Part shown: piece by piece, positions 30,205-38,992 of the stretch | How positions within the stretch are numbered: the first letter of the stretch is position 1 | Layout: each line of letters starts with the position of its first letter | Notes under the pieces: model-generated | Databases searched by the model: none | Seen by the model: only the letters and a program-made list of their open reading frames with translations | Told to the model about the DNA's origin: nothing | Program-made: the position numbers and the translations under genes | From: a virus | Length of the DNA: 64,000 bases | Direction: 5' to 3' (one strand) | Virus record (IMG/VR): IMGVR_UViG_3300025695_000006 | Coordinates: 1-64,000 of that record

Positions 30205-30451
30205 AATTTCTTTTAGATTTAGATTTTTGTATCTCTCTTTCTCTAGATTCTTTAATTTTGTCGTTCTCTTCCATTAGTATTTCAATAAACTTTCTTCTCT
30301 CGAATACTGGCATAGTAATAACGTCACGGTATGTAAAATTCCCGTGTTTAACTAACACATAGGATTCGTACATCATTTGAGATCTATAATCAAACGTAAG
30401 GCCAAAGAAATTTGGATGTAATGGGAAGTTCACCAAAAAAAAACTCTCCAC
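30203..30451 (-). CDS. Tail assembly chaperone C-terminal extension (T4 gp51-like), probably reached by frameshift
   Basis: YVLVKHGNFTYRDVITMPVFERRKFI resembles gp51/gpGT-type tails; overlaps the end of the upstream ORF in the +1 frame. Confidence 0.65.
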   Translation of the reverse strand: MESFFLVNFPLHPNFFGLTFDYRSQMMYESYVLVKHGNFTYRDVITMPVFERRKFIEILMEENDKIKESREREIQKSKSKRN

Positions 30452-31148
30452 TTGGAGCTTGTATATTAATCGTTAAGTCTAGCCCAGGTTCGTTGTCGTT
30501 TAGGTACTTTCTGAATTTCGAGGAATCCATTGGAGACATAGCGTCTACGAATTGAACAATAGCTGCTTTATCCCTAATCCCATCAACTTCTGTTATTTGA
30601 TTTTGTAATCTAAGTGTCATTACTTGTGATATAGCGCTTGAACCTAGTTTCTTACTTCTAATCTGATCGTCTTTAATCAACTTCTCATCTTCATAAGCAG
30701 TTAGGAATTTAAATTTTACGGTTTTACCAGATTTTGGTAGTAAGAAAGAACACTCGCCGTTATCATCAGGAGTTAAATCAACTTCTTTTATAGGAAACTG
30801 ACTAATATCAATATCCTCTACAAAAGTCTCATCTGTTTTAGGGTCTGTTAATTCTACTGGGTATATCTCACCATAACCAGTAGACCTAAGGAAGAAAATA
30901 ATAGCGTTTCTATCTCCAGGTAATAAATCCCCAGCCTTAATGTCTTTGTCTAAGATTTTTTTCTCTAATAATACATCTAACACTTTACCGCTCTGTAATA
31001 AGTTTGGTGATGTTAATATGTTTTCGTCTGAAGCTGTCATGTAAGCAACTTTAACGGTGTCTTTCTTGTTTTTGTAAAACAACCCTTTTGAAGGTAATGT
31101 AATTACATCATGTGCTGGTTCAAAGTATACTTGTTCCGAATTTTCCAT
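30390..31148 (-). CDS. Baseplate hub assembly / tail assembly chaperone (T4 gp26-like)
   Basis: VITLPSKGLFY...VAYMTASDENIL...GDRNAIIFFLRSTGYG...LPKSGKTVKFKFLT..DE...PGLDL; ends FLWPYV. Confidence 0.75.
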   Translation of the reverse strand: MENSEQVYFEPAHDVITLPSKGLFYKNKKDTVKVAYMTASDENILTSPNLLQSGKVLDVLLEKKILDKDIKAGDLLPGDRNAIIFFLRSTGYGEIYPVELTDPKTDETFVEDIDISQFPIKEVDLTPDDNGECSFLLPKSGKTVKFKFLTAYEDEKLIKDDQIRSKKLGSSAISQVMTLRLQNQITEVDGIRDKAAIVQFVDAMSPMDSSKFRKYLNDNEPGLDLTINIQAPSGEFFFGELPITSKFLWPYV

Positions 31149-31180
31149 AATTTTATTTAAATGTGTTTTATTAATGTTTT

Positions 31181-31188
31181 TATAAATA
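31181..31188 (-). promoter_or_regulatory. Putative late promoter TATTTATA
   Basis: 32 nt upstream of the chaperone start. Confidence 0.55.
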
Positions 31189-31240
31189 CTGTATATTTTT
31201 TTTTCTTAAAATACTAGTATTTACTTAAAAGTAACACTAT

Positions 31241-31654
31241 ATGGCTAAAAAGAAAGTTAAAAAGAAAAATAAAATGAGGTCTGTTAGAAAAAAAATGAAT
31301 GGTACTTCTAAACTAGAGACTTCTTTTGCTGAAATATTGGAATCTTTAGACATAAAATTTAAACAACATTATATGTTTAAGGATAGGGAATTTGATTTTT
31401 TACTTACGGACCATAATATTATAGTTGAAACTCACGGTTGTTTCTACCATTGTTGTAAAGCACATAACCCAGAGGCTAAATATAGTTTTCAGAGGTCTAA
31501 TTTAAAAAACGATAAACACAAGGTTAAGCTAGTCAAGTTTGATCACAACTATACTTTACTGGTTGTTTGGGAACATGAAATGAGTGAGAATAAGTTGTTA
31601 GTTGAGCGGGTTAATAAATTTATTACCAAACACAGTAAGTTACTAAACGATTGA
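31241..31654 (+). CDS. Vsr/DUF559-like PD-(D/E)xK endonuclease
   Basis: TSKLE...FDF...IIVETHGCFYH...NDKHK...YTLLVVWEHE. Confidence 0.75.
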   Translation: MAKKKVKKKNKMRSVRKKMNGTSKLETSFAEILESLDIKFKQHYMFKDREFDFLLTDHNIIVETHGCFYHCCKAHNPEAKYSFQRSNLKNDKHKVKLVKFDHNYTLLVVWEHEMSENKLLVERVNKFITKHSKLLND

Positions 31655-31658
31655 GAAT

Positions 31659-31692
31659 AAAAAAAAGGGGATATGATATACACACCCCCCTT
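31659..31692. terminator. Probable terminator between the convergent endonuclease and tail tube genes
   Basis: A-tract-GGGG...CCCC-TT imperfect hairpin. Confidence 0.45.
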
Positions 31693-31716
31693 ATATTAAT
31701 GATAATAGTTTTTTTA

Positions 31717-32205
31717 TTAGTAAACTAATATACAACGATCCATTCTTAATGTTGCAGATATATCTGCGATCTCATCGTCGCTATATTCTAGAGAACCGAA
31801 ATCAACGTTAGTTAAGAAAGTTCCTTGAAGAATCCATTTCTCAACAACAACACCAGTTGGGTCTAACATTTCTAATTCTATATCTTTTTTATAACCTGCG
31901 GCATAACCCATACGTCCTGTTACAGATTCAGCGTGTAAACGAACCCACTCCATCAATGCTTGAGCAGCTGAAGGTCCAATAGGGTCTTTAAATGTAACAT
32001 CAATAGACTCCCAGTTAAATCTACCAGCAACATATGTTGATGTATTTAAAAAAGGTATTTCTACTTCGTTTATTGTAACCTTTGGTCTAGATGTAGAGAT
32101 CACAAACCACTCGTTAATACCTAGTGAACTTGGAAATCTTAAAATAAATCTGTTCTTCTTCTTTGGTTCGTAAGGAACAGGCATTTTCATTAATAAGTTA
32201 GCCAT
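31717..32205 (-). CDS. Tail tube protein (T4 gp19-like)
   Basis: EPKKKNRFILRF...RPK...YVAGRFNWESIDVTFKD...EW...YKKDIELEMLDPTGVVVEKWILQGTF. Confidence 0.9.
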   Translation of the reverse strand: MANLLMKMPVPYEPKKKNRFILRFPSSLGINEWFVISTSRPKVTINEVEIPFLNTSTYVAGRFNWESIDVTFKDPIGPSAAQALMEWVRLHAESVTGRMGYAAGYKKDIELEMLDPTGVVVEKWILQGTFLTNVDFGSLEYSDDEIADISATLRMDRCILVY

Positions 32206-32238
32206 ATTTTATATATTTAGTTTTTAATTATTCTTTCT

Positions 32239-32246
32239 TATAAATA
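32239..32246 (-). promoter_or_regulatory. Putative late promoter TATTTATA for the tail tube gene
   Basis: 33 nt upstream of start; second copy at 32347-32354. Confidence 0.55.
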
Positions 32247-32410
32247 CCCTCACTTTTACCTTTGTACACCTTATTTTAAAAAAAAGTTAATATAATTAAC
32301 TATATTTGTAAAAGTGTAACGATATAGTGATCGCGTACTGTTTTATTATAAATAGTCTAAAGACCATTTTTATCAAAATAATGGTTAAATAAAAAATAAT
32401 TCACCAATAA

Positions 32411-32442
32411 CTTGACTTTTTGGTTTGAGATCCTTATTTTTG
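32411..32442 (+). promoter_or_regulatory. Bacteroidota-type promoter pointing into the AT-rich repeat region, with no ORF downstream
   Basis: cTTG-N20-TATTTTTG; further TAnnTTTG at 32257-32264 and 32301-32308. Confidence 0.4.
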
Positions 32443-32465
32443 ATAAGGCTATTATCCCAACCCCC

Positions 32466-32590
32466 ATTATAATTAATATATATATAGTACATATTATAAT
32501 AATATAATAATATAATAATATAATAATATATTGTACTATAATAATATATATAATATATGTACTATAATAATATATGTACTATAATAATAC
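32466..32590. repeat. Extremely AT-rich repeat tract (tandem TATAATAA units, GTACTATAATAATA iterations); candidate origin/unwinding element
   Basis: Direct reading: ATAATAAT tandem copies, three GTACTATAATAATA copies and a further GTAC; almost no G/C. Confidence 0.75.
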
Positions 32591-32622
32591 AAAAAAAAGA
32601 AGGGTAACTTAATACCCTTCTT
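32591..32622 (-). terminator. Intrinsic terminator of the tail sheath gene
   Basis: A8-GAAGGGTA-acttaa-TACCCTTC. Confidence 0.75.
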
Positions 32623-32638
32623 AATACATTATTTATTT

Positions 32639-35600
32639 TTAGATGTTATCAAAAGATACGTTCTGAGGAGTAACTGTGAACTCAAGCTCTATGAACTCTA
32701 ACGTTGGTGTGGGTTTGATAAATATCTTACCTCTCAACGTATTTCTATCTCCATCTTCAATATCCATTTCAACTGAAACTCTAAAGTCTGTTAAACCTCT
32801 TTCTTTTCTTATGTTATCCAATATAGGGTTAACTAATGATAAGAATTGATTTCTAACCGTAGTATCATTCGGATCAAATAATAATCTTTTAGATACACTC
32901 ATTATTAATCTTCTAGCTTGTAATAACAATCTTCTAATGTTAAGTCTATCAAGAGCACTTGATTTAATCTGTAAGTTTCTGTTACCCCAGATAACAACTC
33001 CAACGTCTGAATATGTTGCTAATGGGTTAATTCTACCTGGGTAAAGTACATCTCTAGACTCTTGATCTAGCGCTATACGAGCTCTATTACATTTAACCAG
33101 ACCTCTGTTATAACCAGCTGTCGCAAACCATGGGAAAGAAACGTTATCAGTGTAAGCTAAATTCCTAACTACTTCAGCGGTAGGTGGTATAAATAAATTA
33201 GCGTTATTAGTCGTGTCGTTAATTTGAATCCATGGGTAATATAGAGCAGTGTAACTAGAATCTATTTCAGTACCTTCAAGTTCATCAACAATATCCTCAG
33301 CGTAATACCAGTTTTCTGAATCAGAAGGGTTACTGTTATTCAATAACTTTATATCTGGTAAAGTAGGTAAGTAGATAGTGTCTAATCTTTTCTCTTCAAC
33401 AATCTCGATAGCATCTCTTACCAAATCAGTGTTATTCAACACATCAATACCAGGGGTAGTTAATATGTTTATAGCTATTTCCTCAGGATTCTGCATACTT
33501 CTCAATCCGTATAGAGTAGAGTAGTAATCAGAAGTACCAAACAATTCAGCGTACTCCACATTTGTGAATGTATCGAAAGAACTATTAACGAAACCAGTTC
33601 TACCTATTTTATAATCATCTGTATTAGTTCTATTAACTCTATAAGCATCCCAACCATCAAAACCACCTGAAAATAAACAAGTGAATTTTCTAGTTCTCAT
33701 ACTGTTATAAGGGTGGGTTGTAGTACCATCAACGATAGTAGCATCGTTAAAAGTCCCAACACCTACAGCAAATACCTCTTCATTTGTCATAGAGTCAATA
33801 ATAGCCGAAGCGTTAGTATCCATATGGAAACCTTTAGTTTTTGTTATATAATCATCACCAGTATTGTAAGCGTTATCACCTAAAATACTTTTCTTACCTT
33901 TGAATAGTAATAAATCTTTATCATAACCAAATTGACTAGAAAAGCCTAGGTAGTGTTTACGAACAACATCTCCAGAAGAAATTGTAGCGTTATCAAAAGG
34001 TGGGTCAAAAACAACATCACCAGGTGAATAATACTCTAACTTGTAAGGTACTTCAGGTACAGAAAGAGAACCTAAGTCATCAACTCTAAATTCATAACCT
34101 TCGAAACCAGAAGCAACACCATCGCTAGGTGCGTTATCTGCCATTTCTAAAATAACATAACTACTCTTTAAAGGGTATTTATTATCGATAGTACCTATTT
34201 TTCTACCTATGTAATTATCTAAAGACTCGTCCATTGTACAATCAACAAATTTCTCTAGAATAACAGGAGACTTATCACTATCATTAAAAGATCTAATATA
34301 TAAATCGAAAGTTCTTTTAGATAGATCTACATTAGCGATAGATAATTTTATTTCATAATTAGCGTTAGTACCGTCAGATATAGAAATTAATCTAAACATT
34401 CTTTGTGGTAAACCACCTCGTAATTCAGATACAATAAAAGGTGTTACTGGAGATTGAAATTGGAATTTATAATGATCCCAGCTATTCTCAGAAACTAACT
34501 CAGTGTGTAAACCTTTTATCTTACCGTTTAATCTACCCATTTTTAAAGAGTTATCATAAACTTCTTCAACAAATATCATAGCGTCACCATCATCAGGTGT
34601 AGAACCGATAACCTTCTTAATGTAATTCGCTTTAGTTTGATCTAAAGATACAGTATAAGAAAAATCGCTACCAGTAGGGTTACCCGTAGTACCAGTTAAC
34701 TCGAAAGACAAGAAAGGGTTATTAACCATATCGTCCTGAGCATTCATACTTAAAGTAGCTGCGTTATATTTAAGTACATCAGAAACATACCCACCTCTAC
34801 TTCTAATAGTAGCTACAGTTTTATTATGACCTTCATTATAAGGTGAAGCACTTAAAACAGTTGTATATAATTCTAATTCACCAGCTATAGTAGTAATACC
34901 ACTAGGTGTGAAACTATGACAAAATAAACCAAAACTAGTACCCACATATTCCTCGTTAGAAGAATTATAAACTAATTCGTTATTAAGTATATACGAATCT
35001 CTATCACTTACAGGTACAGACGAAGGTAATTCGTAAGCATCTATATAAGTAGGTATTACACCATTAACAGTATTAGCATCATTATCTATATCTGTCTCTA
35101 ATTGAGAGGTTAATAACCCCCAATACATAGAGTGTTTTTTATCATAAAAACGTGCGTTCTGATAACCACCTATTGTAGTGAAATAACTTTCAAAAGTGGT
35201 GGTGAATTCAGTCGCATCAACACCAACAATATCAGATATGTAAGTTAATAAATCTGTATTACCTGAAACACTAGTCGTATAAAAAGAGTTAGTAGCGGTA
35301 TCAAATTCAAAAGCAATTGATTGTTTAGTGACACCAGTAGTTGACAAAGTTGATTCATCAACAGCCCCCATAGTCTTAATACTCCATGCCATACCAGCCT
35401 CGTACCCAGACAAACCTAACACTCTAGTTACATACAATTGGTTTGATTGAGTTAAATACTGTTTAGCAATATAAGGTAACTCATATTTAACTATTTGTGT
35501 GTTTTTAAATTTTTGTGGGTCAGTTCCCCCAAAAGTTGTTTGAAACTCGTCAAAGTTTCTAATAAACATCGGTTGGAACGCAGGTCCCTTCAACGTTTCA

Positions 35601-35701
35601 CCTACACTACCTAGTGTAGTAACACCAACAGTTTCTGTTGTGAAGGATAAGTCTTTTTCGGTTGTGTAAACACCTGGAGATGCATATACTTTATTTGCCA
35701 T
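32639..35701 (-). CDS. Contractile tail sheath protein
   Basis: N-terminal SPGVYTTEKDLS; C-terminal YYPWI...PPT...PWFATAGYNRG...LYPGRINPL...VIWGNRNL...LDRLNIRRLL...FDPND...IKPTPTLEFIELEF. Confidence 0.95.
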   Translation of the reverse strand: MANKVYASPGVYTTEKDLSFTTETVGVTTLGSVGETLKGPAFQPMFIRNFDEFQTTFGGTDPQKFKNTQIVKYELPYIAKQYLTQSNQLYVTRVLGLSGYEAGMAWSIKTMGAVDESTLSTTGVTKQSIAFEFDTATNSFYTTSVSGNTDLLTYISDIVGVDATEFTTTFESYFTTIGGYQNARFYDKKHSMYWGLLTSQLETDIDNDANTVNGVIPTYIDAYELPSSVPVSDRDSYILNNELVYNSSNEEYVGTSFGLFCHSFTPSGITTIAGELELYTTVLSASPYNEGHNKTVATIRSRGGYVSDVLKYNAATLSMNAQDDMVNNPFLSFELTGTTGNPTGSDFSYTVSLDQTKANYIKKVIGSTPDDGDAMIFVEEVYDNSLKMGRLNGKIKGLHTELVSENSWDHYKFQFQSPVTPFIVSELRGGLPQRMFRLISISDGTNANYEIKLSIANVDLSKRTFDLYIRSFNDSDKSPVILEKFVDCTMDESLDNYIGRKIGTIDNKYPLKSSYVILEMADNAPSDGVASGFEGYEFRVDDLGSLSVPEVPYKLEYYSPGDVVFDPPFDNATISSGDVVRKHYLGFSSQFGYDKDLLLFKGKKSILGDNAYNTGDDYITKTKGFHMDTNASAIIDSMTNEEVFAVGVGTFNDATIVDGTTTHPYNSMRTRKFTCLFSGGFDGWDAYRVNRTNTDDYKIGRTGFVNSSFDTFTNVEYAELFGTSDYYSTLYGLRSMQNPEEIAINILTTPGIDVLNNTDLVRDAIEIVEEKRLDTIYLPTLPDIKLLNNSNPSDSENWYYAEDIVDELEGTEIDSSYTALYYPWIQINDTTNNANLFIPPTAEVVRNLAYTDNVSFPWFATAGYNRGLVKCNRARIALDQESRDVLYPGRINPLATYSDVGVVIWGNRNLQIKSSALDRLNIRRLLLQARRLIMSVSKRLLFDPNDTTVRNQFLSLVNPILDNIRKERGLTDFRVSVEMDIEDGDRNTLRGKIFIKPTPTLEFIELEFTVTPQNVSFDNI

Positions 35702-35738
35702 ATCTTATAAATTTATTAATCTTTTAATTTTACTTATT

Positions 35739-35746
35739 GATAAATA
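35739..35746 (-). promoter_or_regulatory. Putative late promoter variant TATTTATC
   Basis: 37 nt upstream of the sheath start. Confidence 0.45.
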
Positions 35747-35805
35747 TTAAACTTTTTATCAAAAAACCAGAAACTTTCAGCATTTCATAAAAAGTTACTT
35801 TATTT

Positions 35806-36573
35806 TTAATTATTTTCTGTTATAGTTATTGTCCTACTTACTGAAGGAGTTACAATGAAATCTTCTGGATCCAATATGAAACCCTGTAAGTTAAAAGTGT
35901 ATAATTGAACATAAAATCTTTTATTATTTAAATCAGTTACTTGACTCTCATCTGATGTATCTTCCAACACAATTGGTATATAATGACCATTAACAGCGGT
36001 ATAAGCCTGTCTACTTTGAAAATTCTTTAAAACTATAGCGTTAAACTTATTCAGTTCCTGTTGTCTATATGAGAATATCCTCACAGAATAATTTATATCT
36101 ACAGGTATAGGTTGAGGTATTTGATACACATCAACACCCCTATTATTACCATCCCATGTAGGAACCTCAGCGTAAGTGTAATGTCTACCAGTAGGTATAT
36201 TATATCTCATAGAAGGGTTGGTACCATACTTTGTATCAGGACTTCTAACTATATTAATAAAAGGTATTTTAGTGTTTTTATATTCATCAGAAAACTTCCA
36301 AGTCTGAGAAAATTCATTCCAAGCCTGTATACCCATCATAAAAACTGGAGTTTTTTCTCCATTAAGTGTTAATGACAATTCATTATTAACGAATTCCTTA
36401 AAACCCCTATCTAAATCAATATGTAAAACACCTTTAGGTAAATAAGTATCCTTATCAACAATCATATCCTTCATATTCTCAGCCGCACCACTCTGCATAG
36501 AGTAAGGGTAAGTAATATTAGAACGATCTCTCGTTATGTTTATTTTCTTTTTAAAAGAACCAGGTAAAGCCAT
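35806..36573 (-). CDS. Tail terminator / sheath stabilizer (T4 gp15-like)
   Basis: PFINIVR...PQPIPVDINYSVRIFS...ELNKF...YTFNLQGFI; upstream of the sheath gene. Confidence 0.6.
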   Translation of the reverse strand: MALPGSFKKKINITRDRSNITYPYSMQSGAAENMKDMIVDKDTYLPKGVLHIDLDRGFKEFVNNELSLTLNGEKTPVFMMGIQAWNEFSQTWKFSDEYKNTKIPFINIVRSPDTKYGTNPSMRYNIPTGRHYTYAEVPTWDGNNRGVDVYQIPQPIPVDINYSVRIFSYRQQELNKFNAIVLKNFQSRQAYTAVNGHYIPIVLEDTSDESQVTDLNNKRFYVQLYTFNLQGFILDPEDFIVTPSVSRTITITENN

Positions 36574-36575
36574 AA

Positions 36576-37097
36576 TTACAATCCATTAAAAACGTTAGGG
36601 TCAACGCTAGTACATTTTATTCTTCTGAAGTAACCCTTATAACCGAAATGAGAACTAGGGTTATCACTAGTGATTTTACCATCATCAAACACGGTAAAAT
36701 ACTTAAAATTATCTTCATAATCCGAGTAACCAACCATATCACCATACGATATATCAATACCCTTCTCCTCCAATTGTTTCTTTAAAAGAGTGAACTCTAA
36801 ATTACCGTAATCTTGATACCTCATATTACCATCTGGTAAATAAGATTTATTTTCACTAGTAGATAAATTAAGTATAACCTTCAGTTCAACAGGAGCCTTA
36901 AATCTAATATCAGAAGCATTACCTTCCTGATAAACATCATCAACCTGAGTATTAACCCTATCTATCCTAAATAAAACAACGGTAAAATTCATATCTCCCT
37001 CAATGAGTTCTGTCGCCATGTCTAATTCTAATCTGAAGTCTTCTTCGTCATAAAATTTATTTAATCTAGTATTAGGTATCCTAGTCTTTCTATTCAT
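36576..37097 (-). CDS. Head closure / neck protein (T4 gp14-like)
   Basis: VVLFRID...DDVYQE...F.APVEL...LEEKGIDISYGD; position in the head-tail joining block. Confidence 0.55.
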   Translation of the reverse strand: MNRKTRIPNTRLNKFYDEEDFRLELDMATELIEGDMNFTVVLFRIDRVNTQVDDVYQEGNASDIRFKAPVELKVILNLSTSENKSYLPDGNMRYQDYGNLEFTLLKKQLEEKGIDISYGDMVGYSDYEDNFKYFTVFDDGKITSDNPSSHFGYKGYFRRIKCTSVDPNVFNGL

Positions 37098-37119
37098 ATT
37101 AATATAGTTATCTATTACA

Positions 37120-37127
37120 TATAAATA
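37120..37127 (-). promoter_or_regulatory. Putative late promoter TATTTATA
   Basis: 22 nt upstream of the 37097 start. Confidence 0.55.
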
Positions 37128-37146
37128 GTTTCATTTATTAATGAAT

Positions 37147-37175
37147 TGACTTTTATTTTAACAAGTCCTATTATT
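37147..37175 (+). promoter_or_regulatory. Possible promoter for the helicase (TTGACT-N16-TATTAT)
   Basis: sigma70-like hexamers upstream of 37214; AT-rich background makes a chance match possible. Confidence 0.3.
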
Positions 37176-37213
37176 AATAAAGAATAAAGGTTTGAAATAC
37201 ATGTATTCATATA

Positions 37214-38992
37214 ATGAAACTACCGATAGAAAAAAGAGCTTTAGATATACTAAAAGTTTATGAAGGGCTTAATGACCACATACTTAAAATAAAAAATGAT
37301 TATAATAAAACTAAGGGATTTGTACCAACAAAGGCTCAAAGTAATTATATAATTAGGAATGGTAATGTAAACCCTGTAATCGTAAACAAGTTATTTACTT
37401 TAAACCCATCTTGTAGAACTTTTATATCCGAACAACTAATGTTAGACTTCATACCAGAAGAAGTGTTCGTCAGTAAATTATTATCAAGAAAAAATGATAT
37501 GTTACATATAAACGGTTGTTTTGAAGAGGGATGTGACAAATATTTCAATTTTTATTTATCTAAATCATGCTTAAAATCCAATAAAGAAGAACCAGAGATA
37601 GACATAACAAAATACTCTAGACCACCAAAACCGCATCAAGTTACCGCTATAAAGAAGTTATTAAGTAACGACAAGTTTATATTAGCTGACGAAATGGGTC
37701 TGGGTAAAACAACCTCTGCTATCATATCAGCTGTTGAGGCTGGGTATGAAAAAATACTAATCGTATGTCCCGCTTCTCTTAAATTAAATTGGGAGGTGGA
37801 GATATCTAATTATGATTCGGTGGAAAATATAAGTGTTGTTAATGGCAATAACTTTAATGCTAAGAAATGGACTATAGTTAATTACGACATACTCAAAAAT
37901 TTTCATCACCTACCCAAAAGAGGTGTCAACACTGAAGACTTACCAGTATCACCAATAGACTATAATGAGTTTGATTTAGTTATTGCTGATGAAGCTCATT
38001 ACCTAAAGAACTCTAATTCAAATAGAACTAAAATATTTAATGACTTCGCTATGAAGATACCCGTTAGATGGTTATTAACAGGGACACCTATAACCAATAA
38101 ACCTATCGACTTCTATAATTTGTTATTCCTATGCGAATCACCAGTAGCGGACAGTTGGGTTGGTTATGTAAAAAGGTATTGTGCTGGTAGACAATTTAAC
38201 AGAAAAGGTACCAACAAAAAATACTGGGTATGTTCTGGAGCCTCAAACCTGGAAGAATTAAACGAATTTTCATCTGATGTTATATTGAGAAGAACAAAGG
38301 ATGAATCTATAGATCTACCACAAAAAACTGTAAAACCAGTATATCTACCAATAGAAATGTCTAAAAACTATAACACCTATATTAAAGAATACGAGGAGTG
38401 GCAAGAAGAAATGATAACCAATGGTGAAAAACCAAAAGTAACAGACCACTTAACCCAATTAGTAAAAGTTAGACAATTGTTATCCTCAGATAAAATTGGA
38501 ACGACTATTAATATGGCTGAAGAGATGATAGATAACGGTCATAAAGTTATTATATTCAGTTGTTTTACAAACACTATAAAAGAATTAGAATCCCATTTTG
38601 GTAACAAATGTGTCACTATTGACGGTTCGGTATCCTCTATAAGAAGACAACACGCAGTTGAAAGTTTTCAAAACAACGATAAAATAAAAGTCTTCATAGG
38701 GAATATAGTTGCTGCTGGAGTTGGATTAACATTAACCGAAGGTAGTGTTGTAATATTCAATGATTTGGATTGGACGCCAGCAAATCACATGCAAGCTGAA
38801 GATAGAGCACACAGAATAGGACAAGAAAATAAGGTACATATAATATACCCCCTAGTTAAAGACACGTTAGATCTTATAATGTATAAAACACTACAATCAA
38901 AAATGGAGATTATAAGTACTATAATGGGTGATGACCCAAAAGAAGACCATATCTCTATGACTAAAGAGGTTATAAATACCCTATCTCTTTAA
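37214..38992 (+). CDS. SNF2-family (HARP/SMARCAL1-like) helicase
   Basis: ILADEMGLGKT, IVCPASLKLNW, DEAH, LLTGTPITN, GVGLTLT, QAEDRAHRIGQ. Confidence 0.92.
   Translation: MKLPIEKRALDILKVYEGLNDHILKIKNDYNKTKGFVPTKAQSNYIIRNGNVNPVIVNKLFTLNPSCRTFISEQLMLDFIPEEVFVSKLLSRKNDMLHINGCFEEGCDKYFNFYLSKSCLKSNKEEPEIDITKYSRPPKPHQVTAIKKLLSNDKFILADEMGLGKTTSAIISAVEAGYEKILIVCPASLKLNWEVEISNYDSVENISVVNGNNFNAKKWTIVNYDILKNFHHLPKRGVNTEDLPVSPIDYNEFDLVIADEAHYLKNSNSNRTKIFNDFAMKIPVRWLLTGTPITNKPIDFYNLLFLCESPVADSWVGYVKRYCAGRQFNRKGTNKKYWVCSGASNLEELNEFSSDVILRRTKDESIDLPQKTVKPVYLPIEMSKNYNTYIKEYEEWQEEMITNGEKPKVTDHLTQLVKVRQLLSSDKIGTTINMAEEMIDNGHKVIIFSCFTNTIKELESHFGNKCVTIDGSVSSIRRQHAVESFQNNDKIKVFIGNIVAAGVGLTLTEGSVVIFNDLDWTPANHMQAEDRAHRIGQENKVHIIYPLVKDTLDLIMYKTLQSKMEIISTIMGDDPKEDHISMTKEVINTLSL

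Noticed and set aside
32466-32590. CRISPR array or tRNA in the tube-sheath gap
   Set aside because: Repeats are short, tandem and lack unique spacers; no cloverleaf or TTCGA T-loop seen.
4248-37097. Bacterial extracellular contractile injection system rather than phage
   Set aside because: Flanked by phage replication genes (PolB, gp32, UvsX, exonuclease), neck proteins, a holin and a late sigma factor.
4202-37127. Canonical T4 TATAAATA late promoters
   Set aside because: TATAAATA appears on the + strand upstream of - strand genes, i.e. in the wrong orientation; the coding-strand motif is TATTTATA.
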